DNA from: a bacterium
GTDB lineage: Bacteria > Zhuqueibacterota > QNDG01 > DTFT01
Reading direction: 5' to 3'
DNA length: 64,000 nt
NCBI GenBank assembly: GCA_016933415.1
Contig: JAFGAX010000024.1
Location: forward strand, 6,861 to 70,860
Under the pieces are notes generated by a model that did no database searches, was not told the origin of the DNA, and worked only from the letters and a program-made list of their open reading frames with translations. Shown piece by piece: positions 46,831 through 56,244 of the stretch. The position numbers and the translations under genes were made by a program. The stretch's first letter is position 1, and each line of letters starts with the position of its first letter.

Positions 46831-48462
46831 ATGCCGAACGTTTTCCTGAACGTGCCGATCCCGCAGAACGAGCCCATCCTGTCCTACGGGCCCGGCAGTC
46901 CTGAAAAAGCCGCGCTCCGCTGGCGGATCGCGGAGCTGAAGTCCGGAAAAATCGACATTCCCCTTCAGGTCGGGGGAAAAGAAATACGAACGGGCGACAC
47001 GGCGGCCTGCTTATGTCCCCACGAACACAAGTTCGTCCTGGGCAAGTACCACAAGGCCGGGCCCAAGGAAACGCTCCAGGCCATCGAAGCGGCGCTCAAG
47101 GTCCAGCGCGAGTGGGCGGCCACCTCGTGCGAGTCCCGGGCCTCGATTTTCATCAAGGCCGCGGAAATGCTGGCCGGACCCTGGCGCGCCACGATCAACG
47201 GCGCCAATATGCTCAACGCCAGCAAGACCGTGCACCAGGCCGAGATCGACTCGGCCTGCGAGTTGATTGATTTTCTCCGCATCAACCCGTTCTTCATGCA
47301 GAAAATCTACCTGCAGCAGCCCAATTCCTCGGCCGGATGCTGGAACTACCTGGACCAGCGGCCCCTCGAAGGGTTCGTGTTCGCGGTGACGCCTTTCAAT
47401 TTCGCGTCCATCGCCGGTAACCTGCCCACGGCCCCGGCCATCATGGGGAATGTGGTTGTCTGGAAGCCGGCGTCCTCCGCGGTGTACATCGCCCATCACA
47501 TCATGGAACTGCTCAAGGCCGCGGGCCTGCCGGACGGCGTGATCAACCTCGTCCCCGGGCCCGGCCCGGCCGTGGGAGACACGGCCATCGCCCATCCCTC
47601 CATGGCCGGTCTGCATTTCACCGGATCGACGGACGTGTTCCGGTCGATGTGGCAGGTCATCGGCGGCAATGTCCGCTCCTACCGGCAATGGCCCCGCATC
47701 GTGGGCGAAACCGGAGGGAAGGATTTTATTTTCGCGCACGCCTCGGCCGATCCGGACGAACTGGCCGTGGGTCTGATCCGCGGGGCGTTCGAATACCAGG
47801 GGCAGAAATGCTCGGCCGCTTCCAGGGCGTACATCCCGAAATCGCTCTGGCCCGCGATCAAGGTCCGGCTGGTAGACATGGTTTCGTCGATCAAGATGGG
47901 GAATCCCGAGGATTTCACCAATTTCATGTGCGCCGTGATCGATGCGGCCGCCTTCAGGAGAATCACGGGCGCGATCGAGGAGGCAAAGCGGTCGCCGGAA
48001 ATCGAAATCATCACCGGCGGGGGGCATGACGACACCGTCGGATGGTTCATCGAGCCGACCGTTCTGCTGACCACGAATCCGAAATATCAGACCATGGAGG
48101 AGGAGCTTTTCGGTCCGGTGCTCACGATTTACGTGTACCCGGACCGAGAGTACGAACAGACGTTGAAACTCTGCGACGAGACGTCACCATACGCCCTGAC
48201 GGGCGCGATTTTTGCAAGAGATCGCAAGGCGATCACCAAGGCCATGGATATACTGGAAAATGCGGCCGGTAACTTCTATATCAACGACAAGCCGACCGGC
48301 GCAGTGGTCGGACAGCAGCCGTTCGGGGGGGCCAGGGCTTCGGGGACGAACGACAAAGCGGGGAGCATGCTGAACCTGCAGCGCTGGGTCTCGCCGCGTT
48401 CGATCAAGGAAAATTTCGTCCCGCCGAAGGACTTCCGCTATCCTTTTATGGAGGAGCCGTAG
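46831..48462 (+). CDS. pruA: L-glutamate gamma-semialdehyde (1-pyrroline-5-carboxylate) dehydrogenase
   Basis: 543-aa aldehyde dehydrogenase with FTGST, ETGGKDF and catalytic GQKCSAAS. The length and N-terminus are typical of PruA. Confidence 0.88.
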   Translation: MPNVFLNVPIPQNEPILSYGPGSPEKAALRWRIAELKSGKIDIPLQVGGKEIRTGDTAACLCPHEHKFVLGKYHKAGPKETLQAIEAALKVQREWAATSCESRASIFIKAAEMLAGPWRATINGANMLNASKTVHQAEIDSACELIDFLRINPFFMQKIYLQQPNSSAGCWNYLDQRPLEGFVFAVTPFNFASIAGNLPTAPAIMGNVVVWKPASSAVYIAHHIMELLKAAGLPDGVINLVPGPGPAVGDTAIAHPSMAGLHFTGSTDVFRSMWQVIGGNVRSYRQWPRIVGETGGKDFIFAHASADPDELAVGLIRGAFEYQGQKCSAASRAYIPKSLWPAIKVRLVDMVSSIKMGNPEDFTNFMCAVIDAAAFRRITGAIEEAKRSPEIEIITGGGHDDTVGWFIEPTVLLTTNPKYQTMEEELFGPVLTIYVYPDREYEQTLKLCDETSPYALTGAIFARDRKAITKAMDILENAAGNFYINDKPTGAVVGQQPFGGARASGTNDKAGSMLNLQRWVSPRSIKENFVPPKDFRYPFMEEP

Positions 48463-48512
48463 AGGGGGGGGCGGTCGCGCGCGGCGGTCCGGAGGAGAAC
48501 AAGGAGGACTCC

Positions 48513-50087
48513 ATGATCATCAGAAGAACCCGTCCGCTTGCAGTCGCAGTACCGGCCGCGGCACTGCTGTGCCTTGTTCTGTCGCAGTGCACGTTTAAAA
48601 AACCTGTCACGCCCTCCTGGGACGCGCGGTTCGAGCTGCCGCTCGTCGACAGCACATTCACGGTCGCTGATCTCGTCGAGGACGCGGACCGTGTGTCCGT
48701 GCACGGGAACGAAGTGGCCGTCGACATCGAGGAAAGTCCCGGCGCCTTCCGGGTCGGCGAATATCTGACCACCGGGATGACGTGGAATGAAACGCTTCTC
48801 AGCTTCGGCGGCGTCGGCACCACGGGCGCCCAACAGTCCATATCCGACACGCTGATTCTCGAAGACACCATTCTCATTGAAAGCGCGGTGTTCGACAGCG
48901 GTGACGTGAACGTCGAACTGGACAATCAGACCGGATTCAACATCCGTCTTTTTGCCGAGGTCCCCTCGCTGCGGAATCCGGAAGGATCCGCGGTCGTCTT
49001 CGATGAATCGGACATCGGTCCGGGCACCAGCCGGTTTTCGATACCCCTTGAAAACATTATTTTCCGGCCGGTTGTCGGCGAAGGCCGGAACATCATCCCC
49101 TACGACGGATTCATCGTACTGCAGTCACCGGCCGGCGTCCCGGGGCATTCGGTTCGGGTCCGGATCGACCTTTCCAAGGTCAAATATAAAAGCGTCACCG
49201 GGTGGCTGAACCGCACCTCGGCTTCGGTGGACGAAACCGTGGAAACGGGCATCGAGGTGTCCGACGCATTCGAGGGCGTTCAGTTCGCATCGGCCCTTCT
49301 GAACCTGACGCTTCTCAACCCGGTCGGATTCAGCGGTTCCCTCGACGTGGTGATCACGGGTGAGGGCCGGGACGGCCGCACCGCGTCCGTTCCGGTCCGC
49401 GCCGCGGTTGCGGCTTCGTCCGTGACTGAAATCGGCCCCATGGACGTTGCGCCCCTGGTCAATCTTCTGCCGGAAACGCTCCGGATACGCGGCACGCTGT
49501 ACATGGGCGACGGACAAACAAAGGCCACCATCACGCGGAACGACTCCGTGGACGCGGTTGTCCGCATTCACGCGCCTCTTGTTTTTTCGCTCCCGGCGAA
49601 AACGAACGATACGGATCCTGACACGATCCAAATGGAAAAGGACGGCCGGGAGTTCGTACGCAGGAATCTGGGTGAAGCGTTTCTGATCTTCGACCTGCTC
49701 AATCACATTCCGATCGGAGCGAGCGCTTCCTTCTATTTTTCGAAAACGCGGGGCGGAGACGACCTGTATGCCCATCCGGATATTCTGAAAACAATCACCC
49801 TGGCGAAGCCCCAGACGGCCCCCGCCTCGGGCACGGCCCTGAACCCGGGACTGGTCACATCACCGGCGCTCAGCACGGTATCCATCGGTCTCGATTCCAC
49901 TGAAGTCAACGTGTTCGACCATCCGGAAGTGTACTGGGGCATGCGGCTCGATTTCCCCGGGACCGGCGGCATGGTGAAAGTGAGGGCCGACGACTGGATA
50001 CGCGTGCAATGCCGCATCGAAGCCCTGGTCCGCGTCGACTTCGAGGACGACGACGAAGATGAAGACGGGGAAGGAGGCGCGTCATGA
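48513..50087 (+). CDS. Hypothetical lipoprotein with repeated beta-sandwich-like modules and an acidic C-terminal tail
   Basis: Signal peptide ending LVLSQC (Cys26). No catalytic motif recognised. C-terminus DFEDDDEDEDGEGGAS. Its stop overlaps the next start (ATGA). Confidence 0.6.
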   Translation: MIIRRTRPLAVAVPAAALLCLVLSQCTFKKPVTPSWDARFELPLVDSTFTVADLVEDADRVSVHGNEVAVDIEESPGAFRVGEYLTTGMTWNETLLSFGGVGTTGAQQSISDTLILEDTILIESAVFDSGDVNVELDNQTGFNIRLFAEVPSLRNPEGSAVVFDESDIGPGTSRFSIPLENIIFRPVVGEGRNIIPYDGFIVLQSPAGVPGHSVRVRIDLSKVKYKSVTGWLNRTSASVDETVETGIEVSDAFEGVQFASALLNLTLLNPVGFSGSLDVVITGEGRDGRTASVPVRAAVAASSVTEIGPMDVAPLVNLLPETLRIRGTLYMGDGQTKATITRNDSVDAVVRIHAPLVFSLPAKTNDTDPDTIQMEKDGREFVRRNLGEAFLIFDLLNHIPIGASASFYFSKTRGGDDLYAHPDILKTITLAKPQTAPASGTALNPGLVTSPALSTVSIGLDSTEVNVFDHPEVYWGMRLDFPGTGGMVKVRADDWIRVQCRIEALVRVDFEDDDEDEDGEGGAS

Positions 50088-51376
50088 TGCGGCCGTTTCT
50101 TTCCATCGTCAGTTCCGCGGCGTTCTCGGTTATAATGCTCAGCCTCTTGTCTCACGGGCGGTCAAGCGCCCAGCTCACACCGCGCGGTCTCGGCATGGGG
50201 CTGGCTTACACCGCGGTCGCGCGGGGCGTGCACGCGGCGGACTGGAACCCGGCGAACCTCGGGCTCACGGGCAATCCCTCGTACAGCGTTTCAATTTTTT
50301 CCGCTTCCGCGGGCGTCGGGAACAACAGTTTCTCCATTGGGACCTACAACAAATTCGCGCCGGATCCGCATTGGGACACGGACGAAGTGGCGGAGCTCAT
50401 GGCCTGCGTGCCGGACGACGGGCTGTCCGTCGATGCGCTCGCGGAGGCCCGTGTTCTGTCCTTCTCCGCCGGCCGGTTCGCGTTCTCCATCACGGCCCTG
50501 GCGGGCGCGTCGGCACGGCTTGACCGGACGGCGCTGGAAATTCCGCTCGAGGGCACGCGTGTCGGGGAAACGTACCGTTTCGACGACATGGACGCCACGT
50601 CCATGGCCCTGGGGACCGCGCGTCTCTCGTACGGCGCGCCCGTGCGCGTGTCTTTCGCGGACACCTTCGCGGTGGGAGGATCCCTGCACCTGGATGTGGG
50701 CGGCGGATACGGACACGCGGACACCTCGCGGCTGAATCTCACCATCGGCACTTTCGGATTCAACATCGACGGCCGGTACGCCGGCCGCGCGGCGGCCATG
50801 GGCCGCGGATGGGGCGCGGACATCGGCGCCGCCGCCAGGACCAGAAGCGGCTGGACGATCAGCGCCGGACTGGTGAACCTCGTCGGGTCCATGAGATGGA
50901 AGAAGGACGTGAAATACTTTGGCGGATTCGTCTCGGGCGATTCCGTCGGCGTTCTGGATTTCGGGGATGAGGACGATGAGGACGAAGGGAAAAGCGTGAA
51001 AGCCGTCCAGGATTCATCGTGGGAGACGGACGGCAAAGCGTTCAGCCGGAAAGCGCCGGTCGAACTGCACGCAGGGGTTTTGTACGAGGAGGGTCCGTAC
51101 TCCGTTGCGGCCGACTATGTACAGGGTTTCGGGAATCTGGGGTGGGTGACGACGCGTCCGCGAATCGCGGTGGGCACGGAATGGCGCAAAGTCCGGTGGC
51201 TTCCCCTGCGCATCGGCGTCGCCGTGGGCGGACGCATCGGCTTCGGCACTTCGTTCGGGTTCGGTTTCCGGCCCGGGAAATTTGCGCTGGACGTGGGCGT
51301 GATGAACAGGGGCTTCATTTTTCCATCCTCCAGCAAGGGGGTTTTTCTGGGCATTGAGGCGGGCGTCGGATTGTAG
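50084..51376 (+). CDS. Hypothetical outer-membrane beta-barrel protein (PorV/PorQ/TraF-like N-terminal motif)
   Basis: Signal peptide ..LLSHGRSSAQ. The mature N-terminus is RGLGMGLAYTAVARGVHAADWNPANLG. Alternating G/A/S-rich strands throughout, and an internal acidic patch FGDEDDEDEGK. Confidence 0.6.
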   Translation: MMRPFLSIVSSAAFSVIMLSLLSHGRSSAQLTPRGLGMGLAYTAVARGVHAADWNPANLGLTGNPSYSVSIFSASAGVGNNSFSIGTYNKFAPDPHWDTDEVAELMACVPDDGLSVDALAEARVLSFSAGRFAFSITALAGASARLDRTALEIPLEGTRVGETYRFDDMDATSMALGTARLSYGAPVRVSFADTFAVGGSLHLDVGGGYGHADTSRLNLTIGTFGFNIDGRYAGRAAAMGRGWGADIGAAARTRSGWTISAGLVNLVGSMRWKKDVKYFGGFVSGDSVGVLDFGDEDDEDEGKSVKAVQDSSWETDGKAFSRKAPVELHAGVLYEEGPYSVAADYVQGFGNLGWVTTRPRIAVGTEWRKVRWLPLRIGVAVGGRIGFGTSFGFGFRPGKFALDVGVMNRGFIFPSSSKGVFLGIEAGVGL

Positions 51377-51462
51377 GCCCTGCTTTGACGCTCCGGTCGG
51401 ATCGTTCTGAACACGGGACTCCGGGCAGGACGATTCTCATCCAACAACAGGAGGAGCACAAC

Positions 51463-51555
51463 ATGGCGGCAGGATGCTGTGGTTGTGGAGCGAAGAAGAC
51501 CGCGAAACCCAAAAAAGCGGCGAAACCCAAGAAGGCGGTGAAAAAATCCAAATAG
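51463..51555 (+). CDS. Unlisted small ORF, 30 aa, Cys-cluster + Lys-rich tail
   Basis: MAAGCCGCGAKKTAKPKKAAKPKKAVKKSK. AGGAGG at 51449-51454 lies 8 nt before the ATG. TAG at 51553-51555. A hairpin and T7 terminator follow 18 nt downstream. Confidence 0.55.
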   Translation: MAAGCCGCGAKKTAKPKKAAKPKKAVKKSK

Positions 51556-51573
51556 TCGGTTCTGATTGAAAAT

Positions 51574-51622
51574 CGGCCGGCTGTGGCCCGGGAATTTCCG
51601 GACCCGGCCGGCCGGTTTTTTT
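51574..51622 (+). terminator. Intrinsic terminator after the small ORF
   Basis: GC-rich imperfect hairpin CGGCCGG..CCCGGGAATTTCCGGACCCGGCCGGCCG followed by T7 (51616-51622). Confidence 0.7.
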
Positions 51623-51624
51623 CC

Positions 51625-51699
51625 GACCCCGGGGTCTCCCGGATTTGAGGCAGGAATAATCCGGTCATCCTGTATTATACGCAACGGGACCCCGGGGTC
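51625..51699. promoter_or_regulatory. Pair of identical 12-bp palindromes GACCCCGGGGTC, 63 bp apart
   Basis: Copies at 51625-51636 and 51688-51699. Between and after them, CCGGATT / AATCCGG and GGAATAATC / GATTATTCC form nested inverted repeats. The region is immediately upstream of the pfp promoter. Confidence 0.45.
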
Positions 51700-51721
51700 G
51701 ATTATTCCCCCCAGTTTCCTG

Positions 51722-51750
51722 TTGACATTTTATTTGGTTTTATGTAATTT
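51722..51750 (+). promoter_or_regulatory. Sigma-70-like promoter for the phosphofructokinase gene
   Basis: TTGACA (51722-51727), a 17-nt spacer, then TAATTT (51745-51750). Confidence 0.55.
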
Positions 51751-51816
51751 AATCCGTTTTCCGTATCGATAGCGATTGTAACCACGCGCATCATCTTTCC
51801 GAAAAGGAGTTATCCC

Positions 51817-53109
51817 ATGCCCCGCAACAGCACGGCTCACTCGGGCAATCTCGGCATTCTGGTCGGCGGCGGCCCGGCTCCGGGCCTCAACGGCGTCATT
51901 TCAGCGGTCACCATTGAGGCACGCCGCAATAAACTCAAGGTATACGGCATTTACGACGGGTACAAATGGCTGGTCAAAGGCGACGAAAAAGAGCTGATGA
52001 AGCACGTGAAAGAGCTCGAAATTCAGGACGTCTCGCGCATCCATTTCGACGGCGGATCCATCCTTCGTACCTCGCGGACCAATCCCGCCAAGATACCAGG
52101 CGGCGTCGAGAACGCGGTCAAGATGCTCCAGAAGCTCGGCATCTCCTATATGGTGACCACGGGCGGAGATGACACGGCCTACGGCGCCAGCCAGATCGCC
52201 AAGGCGGCGAAGGGAACCATCCAATTCGCGCACGTGCCGAAGACCATCGACAACGACCTGCCCCTGCCCAACAACCTCCCGACCTTCGGGTATCAGACGG
52301 CGCGGGACCTGGGCTCCGTGCTGGTCCACAATCTGATGGAGGACTCCAAGACCACGGACCGCTGGTACGTGGTGGTGGCCATGGGACGGCACGCGGGGCA
52401 TCTCGCGCTCGGCATCGCCAAGTCCGCGGGCGCGACGCTGGCCATCGTGTCCGAGGAGTTCGATCCGAAAAAACCCATACCCATTGACCAGGTGGCGGAC
52501 ATCATCGAAACGTCGATTCTCAAGCGCCGGGCGCTCGGCCGGAACCACGGCGTCGCGGTGGTGGCCGAGGGCATCGCGGAGCGGCTGGACCCGGAGGAAC
52601 TGCGGGCGCTCCAGGGTGAATCCGTGGAACTCGATTCATACGGCCACATTCAGCTCGCGGACGTGGAACTCGGCAAGCTGATCAAGAACGTGATCGAAAA
52701 GCGGTTCGCGGAACGCGGCGAGAAAATGCGGCTGGTCGAGATCAACATCGGGTACGTGCTGCGCTGCGCGTCTCCCATCCCCTATGACCAGGAGTACACG
52801 CGCGACCTGGGATACAACGCGGTACGCTATCTGCTGAATCCCAAGCACAAGAAAAACGCGATGATCACGGTCGACAACGGCAAGCTCACGCCGCTGACGT
52901 TCGAGAAAATGATCAATCCCAAGACGAAGAAAACCGAGGTACGGTACGTGGACGTGCGGAGCGACTCGTACAAGGTGGCGCGCAGTTACATGGTCCGTCT
53001 CGACAAGCAGGACCTGCTTGACGCGGATCTGGTCGGAAAGATGGCCGGGTACGTCAAGATGAATTCGAAGGAATTCGTCAAGCGGTACGGGTACCTGGCC
53101 AAATACTGA
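51817..53109 (+). CDS. pfp: Phosphofructokinase, PPi-dependent type by signature
   Basis: PFK fold (GGGPAPGLNG). It has GGDDT where ATP-PFKs have GGDGS, and PKTIDND with Lys where ATP-PFKs have Gly. These are the two substitutions associated with PPi use. Confidence 0.85.
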   Translation: MPRNSTAHSGNLGILVGGGPAPGLNGVISAVTIEARRNKLKVYGIYDGYKWLVKGDEKELMKHVKELEIQDVSRIHFDGGSILRTSRTNPAKIPGGVENAVKMLQKLGISYMVTTGGDDTAYGASQIAKAAKGTIQFAHVPKTIDNDLPLPNNLPTFGYQTARDLGSVLVHNLMEDSKTTDRWYVVVAMGRHAGHLALGIAKSAGATLAIVSEEFDPKKPIPIDQVADIIETSILKRRALGRNHGVAVVAEGIAERLDPEELRALQGESVELDSYGHIQLADVELGKLIKNVIEKRFAERGEKMRLVEINIGYVLRCASPIPYDQEYTRDLGYNAVRYLLNPKHKKNAMITVDNGKLTPLTFEKMINPKTKKTEVRYVDVRSDSYKVARSYMVRLDKQDLLDADLVGKMAGYVKMNSKEFVKRYGYLAKY

Positions 53110-53164
53110 ACGGGCGTTCCGCTTCCGCAGCGGAATCGCGGGACGGATTGCGCTTCACGGGAAC

Positions 53165-53956
53165 GTGAAAGACACATCGCGATTGAATTTCATCCAGGGG
53201 GCTTTCCGGAACGGGAAGCCCCTTTTTTCACGGGTCCGGCGGGCCGCAGAGGCGGGCCTGCGGGACGCACTGGACTTTGCCTTTCCCCGGTCCTGCCTGC
53301 TCTGCGGGAATGGGTTCGACGAAGGCCGCTGGCTGTGTCCTGTCTGCGGTCGGCGGGTGCGGGAATCGGCCGCAGCCGCACTGCACAGCGATCCGGAGGA
53401 TTTCCCGTACCTGGCCGGCGAGCGGCATTTCGACGGACTGGCCGCGTGCTGGGAATTCAATCCCGATCTGGAGCAGTGCGTTCACAGGATCAAGTATTCG
53501 GGCATGGAAAGACTCGGCCGCCACCTGGGTGTCCTGGCCGGAGAGATCCTGCGCGAGAAGCAAATTCTGGGGACCAGGCCGGACGCCGTGGTTCCCGTGC
53601 CCCTGCATCCGGTGCGCAGGCGGGAAAGGGGATACAACCAGAGCGAAAGAATCGCCGCCGGATTCGCGGGCGTATTCGGGTTTTCCGTGCGGACGGATCT
53701 GCTCGCGAGACAGCGGGCCACACGGACGCAGACGGATCTGACCGGCGAGGAGAGGCAGAAGAACGTCAGCGGTGCCTTCCGCGTGCTCCGGCCGGATTCC
53801 GTGCGCGGTCTGACCCTCCTCATCGTGGACGACGTGGTGACGACCGGCGCGACACTGAATGCCTGCGCCCGCGCGCTGAAGGACGCGGGGGCTTCAAGTG
53901 TATTCGGCTTCGCGCTTGCGCGGCCGGTGCTCAGAACGGGCGCAGGAACGGATTGA
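53165..53956 (+). CDS. ComF-family protein (double zinc ribbon + phosphoribosyltransferase domain)
   Basis: CLLCG..CPVCG zinc ribbon and the PRTase motif LLIVDDVVTTGATL. GTG start. Confidence 0.85.
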   Translation: MKDTSRLNFIQGAFRNGKPLFSRVRRAAEAGLRDALDFAFPRSCLLCGNGFDEGRWLCPVCGRRVRESAAAALHSDPEDFPYLAGERHFDGLAACWEFNPDLEQCVHRIKYSGMERLGRHLGVLAGEILREKQILGTRPDAVVPVPLHPVRRRERGYNQSERIAAGFAGVFGFSVRTDLLARQRATRTQTDLTGEERQKNVSGAFRVLRPDSVRGLTLLIVDDVVTTGATLNACARALKDAGASSVFGFALARPVLRTGAGTD

Positions 53957-54126
53957 GGCGCGCTGGATCGGCGTCCGCGGTTTGACGGCGCGCGGTTGAA
54001 ATAATACTTGCACGTGACGGACAATCTGGATACATTGAAGTCCGCGATGAACGTGTCTCGGCGGCGATCCACCGGATCCTGTCGATCCGCGAAAATCCGC
54101 CGAACCCATCCAGAGAGGAGAAGGAC

Positions 54127-54702
54127 ATGGACGCTTTGACACAGCAATTGCTGCAGCAATTATCCGGGGGCGGATTGTCCCAGATCAGCAGGCAGATCGG
54201 CGCGGACGAAAACGCGACGAAATCGGCCCTGTCCACGGCCATGCCGCTTTTGGTTGCAGCCCTGGCCAACAACGCCTCCAAACCCAAGGGCGCGCAGGCC
54301 CTTCACAAGGCTTTGTCCTCTGACCACGACGGATCCGTTCTCGACAACCTGTCCGGCTTCCTGAAGAATCCCATGGTAGCCAACGGGGCTGGAATCCTCA
54401 AGCATGTCCTGGGCGCCAAACAAACTGCGGTCAACAAGGGGCTCTCCAAAACATCCGGGCTGAGCGCGTCCCAGGTTTCGCAATTGCTGGCCATCGCCGC
54501 GCCTCTGATCATGGGCATGCTCGGCAAAAAACAGACACAGCAGGGTTTGGACACCTCCAGCCTCACCGATTTCCTGCTCGGCCAGAAAAAGGCGCAGCAG
54601 TCCGAACCCGACCTCTCGGGCGCCATCGGTTCCCTGCTGGGATCCGGCAGGGGACTGGGCGGCGCCATCGGCATGCTGGGGAGCCTGCTGAAGAAGAGGT
54701 AG
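54127..54702 (+). CDS. DUF937-family protein
   Basis: 191 aa, including MDALTQQLLQQLSGGGLSQISRQIGADEN..A...A.P.L. and a DHDGSVLDNL repeat architecture typical of DUF937. Confidence 0.75.
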   Translation: MDALTQQLLQQLSGGGLSQISRQIGADENATKSALSTAMPLLVAALANNASKPKGAQALHKALSSDHDGSVLDNLSGFLKNPMVANGAGILKHVLGAKQTAVNKGLSKTSGLSASQVSQLLAIAAPLIMGMLGKKQTQQGLDTSSLTDFLLGQKKAQQSEPDLSGAIGSLLGSGRGLGGAIGMLGSLLKKR

Positions 54703-54725
54703 TCAACCGGTTTTTGCACCTCTTA

Positions 54726-54762
54726 GGCGGCCGCCTTCCAGCAGAAGGCGGCCGTTCTTTTT
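54726..54762 (+). terminator. Intrinsic terminator after the DUF937 gene
   Basis: 10-bp GC stem CGGCCGCCTT (54728-54737) / AAGGCGGCCG (54745-54754) with a 7-nt loop, followed by TTCTTTTT. Confidence 0.8.
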
Positions 54763-54833
54763 GGAACGCGCGGTAACCCGGGATTTCTGAAAACCGTTGA
54801 AACGGTTTCTGATGAAGTATAATCGAAAGTTCA

Positions 54834-54951
54834 CCCACGGCTGAAGCCGTGGGCTACTGAGCCGTGGGCAACTGAGCCGTGGGCTACTGAGCCGTGGGCT
54901 ACTGATCCGTGGGCTACTGAGCCGTGGGCAACTGAGCCGTGGGCTGCCAGC
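54834..54951. repeat. Hairpin plus 7 x 15-bp tandem repeat CCGTGGGC(T/A)ACTGA(G/T)
   Basis: Hairpin CCCACGGCT-GA-AGCCGTGGG (54834-54853). Tandem units start at 54847, 54862, 54877, 54892, 54907, 54922 and 54937, the last one degenerate. Confidence 0.9.
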
Positions 54952-54978
54952 CCCGGTCCGGATAAGGCATAATTTTTC

Positions 54979-56178
<1,200 letters not shown>

Positions 56179-56244
56179 CCGCGAGCCCGTCCCCCTTTCG
56201 GGCGATGGGCCGTACGTTTTCCGATAACCGAGGATGTTCCTTAT

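Noticed and set aside
51463-51555. Small Cys-rich ORF as a RiPP or lanthipeptide precursor
   Set aside because: No maturation enzymes (LanB/C/M, radical-SAM, YcaO), protease or ABC exporter are nearby, and there is no leader/core organisation. I keep it as a candidate micro-protein but drop the RiPP interpretation.
54847-54951. Possible CRISPR array
   Set aside because: The 15-bp units are directly tandem with no spacers and are far shorter than CRISPR repeats. No cas genes are in the window.
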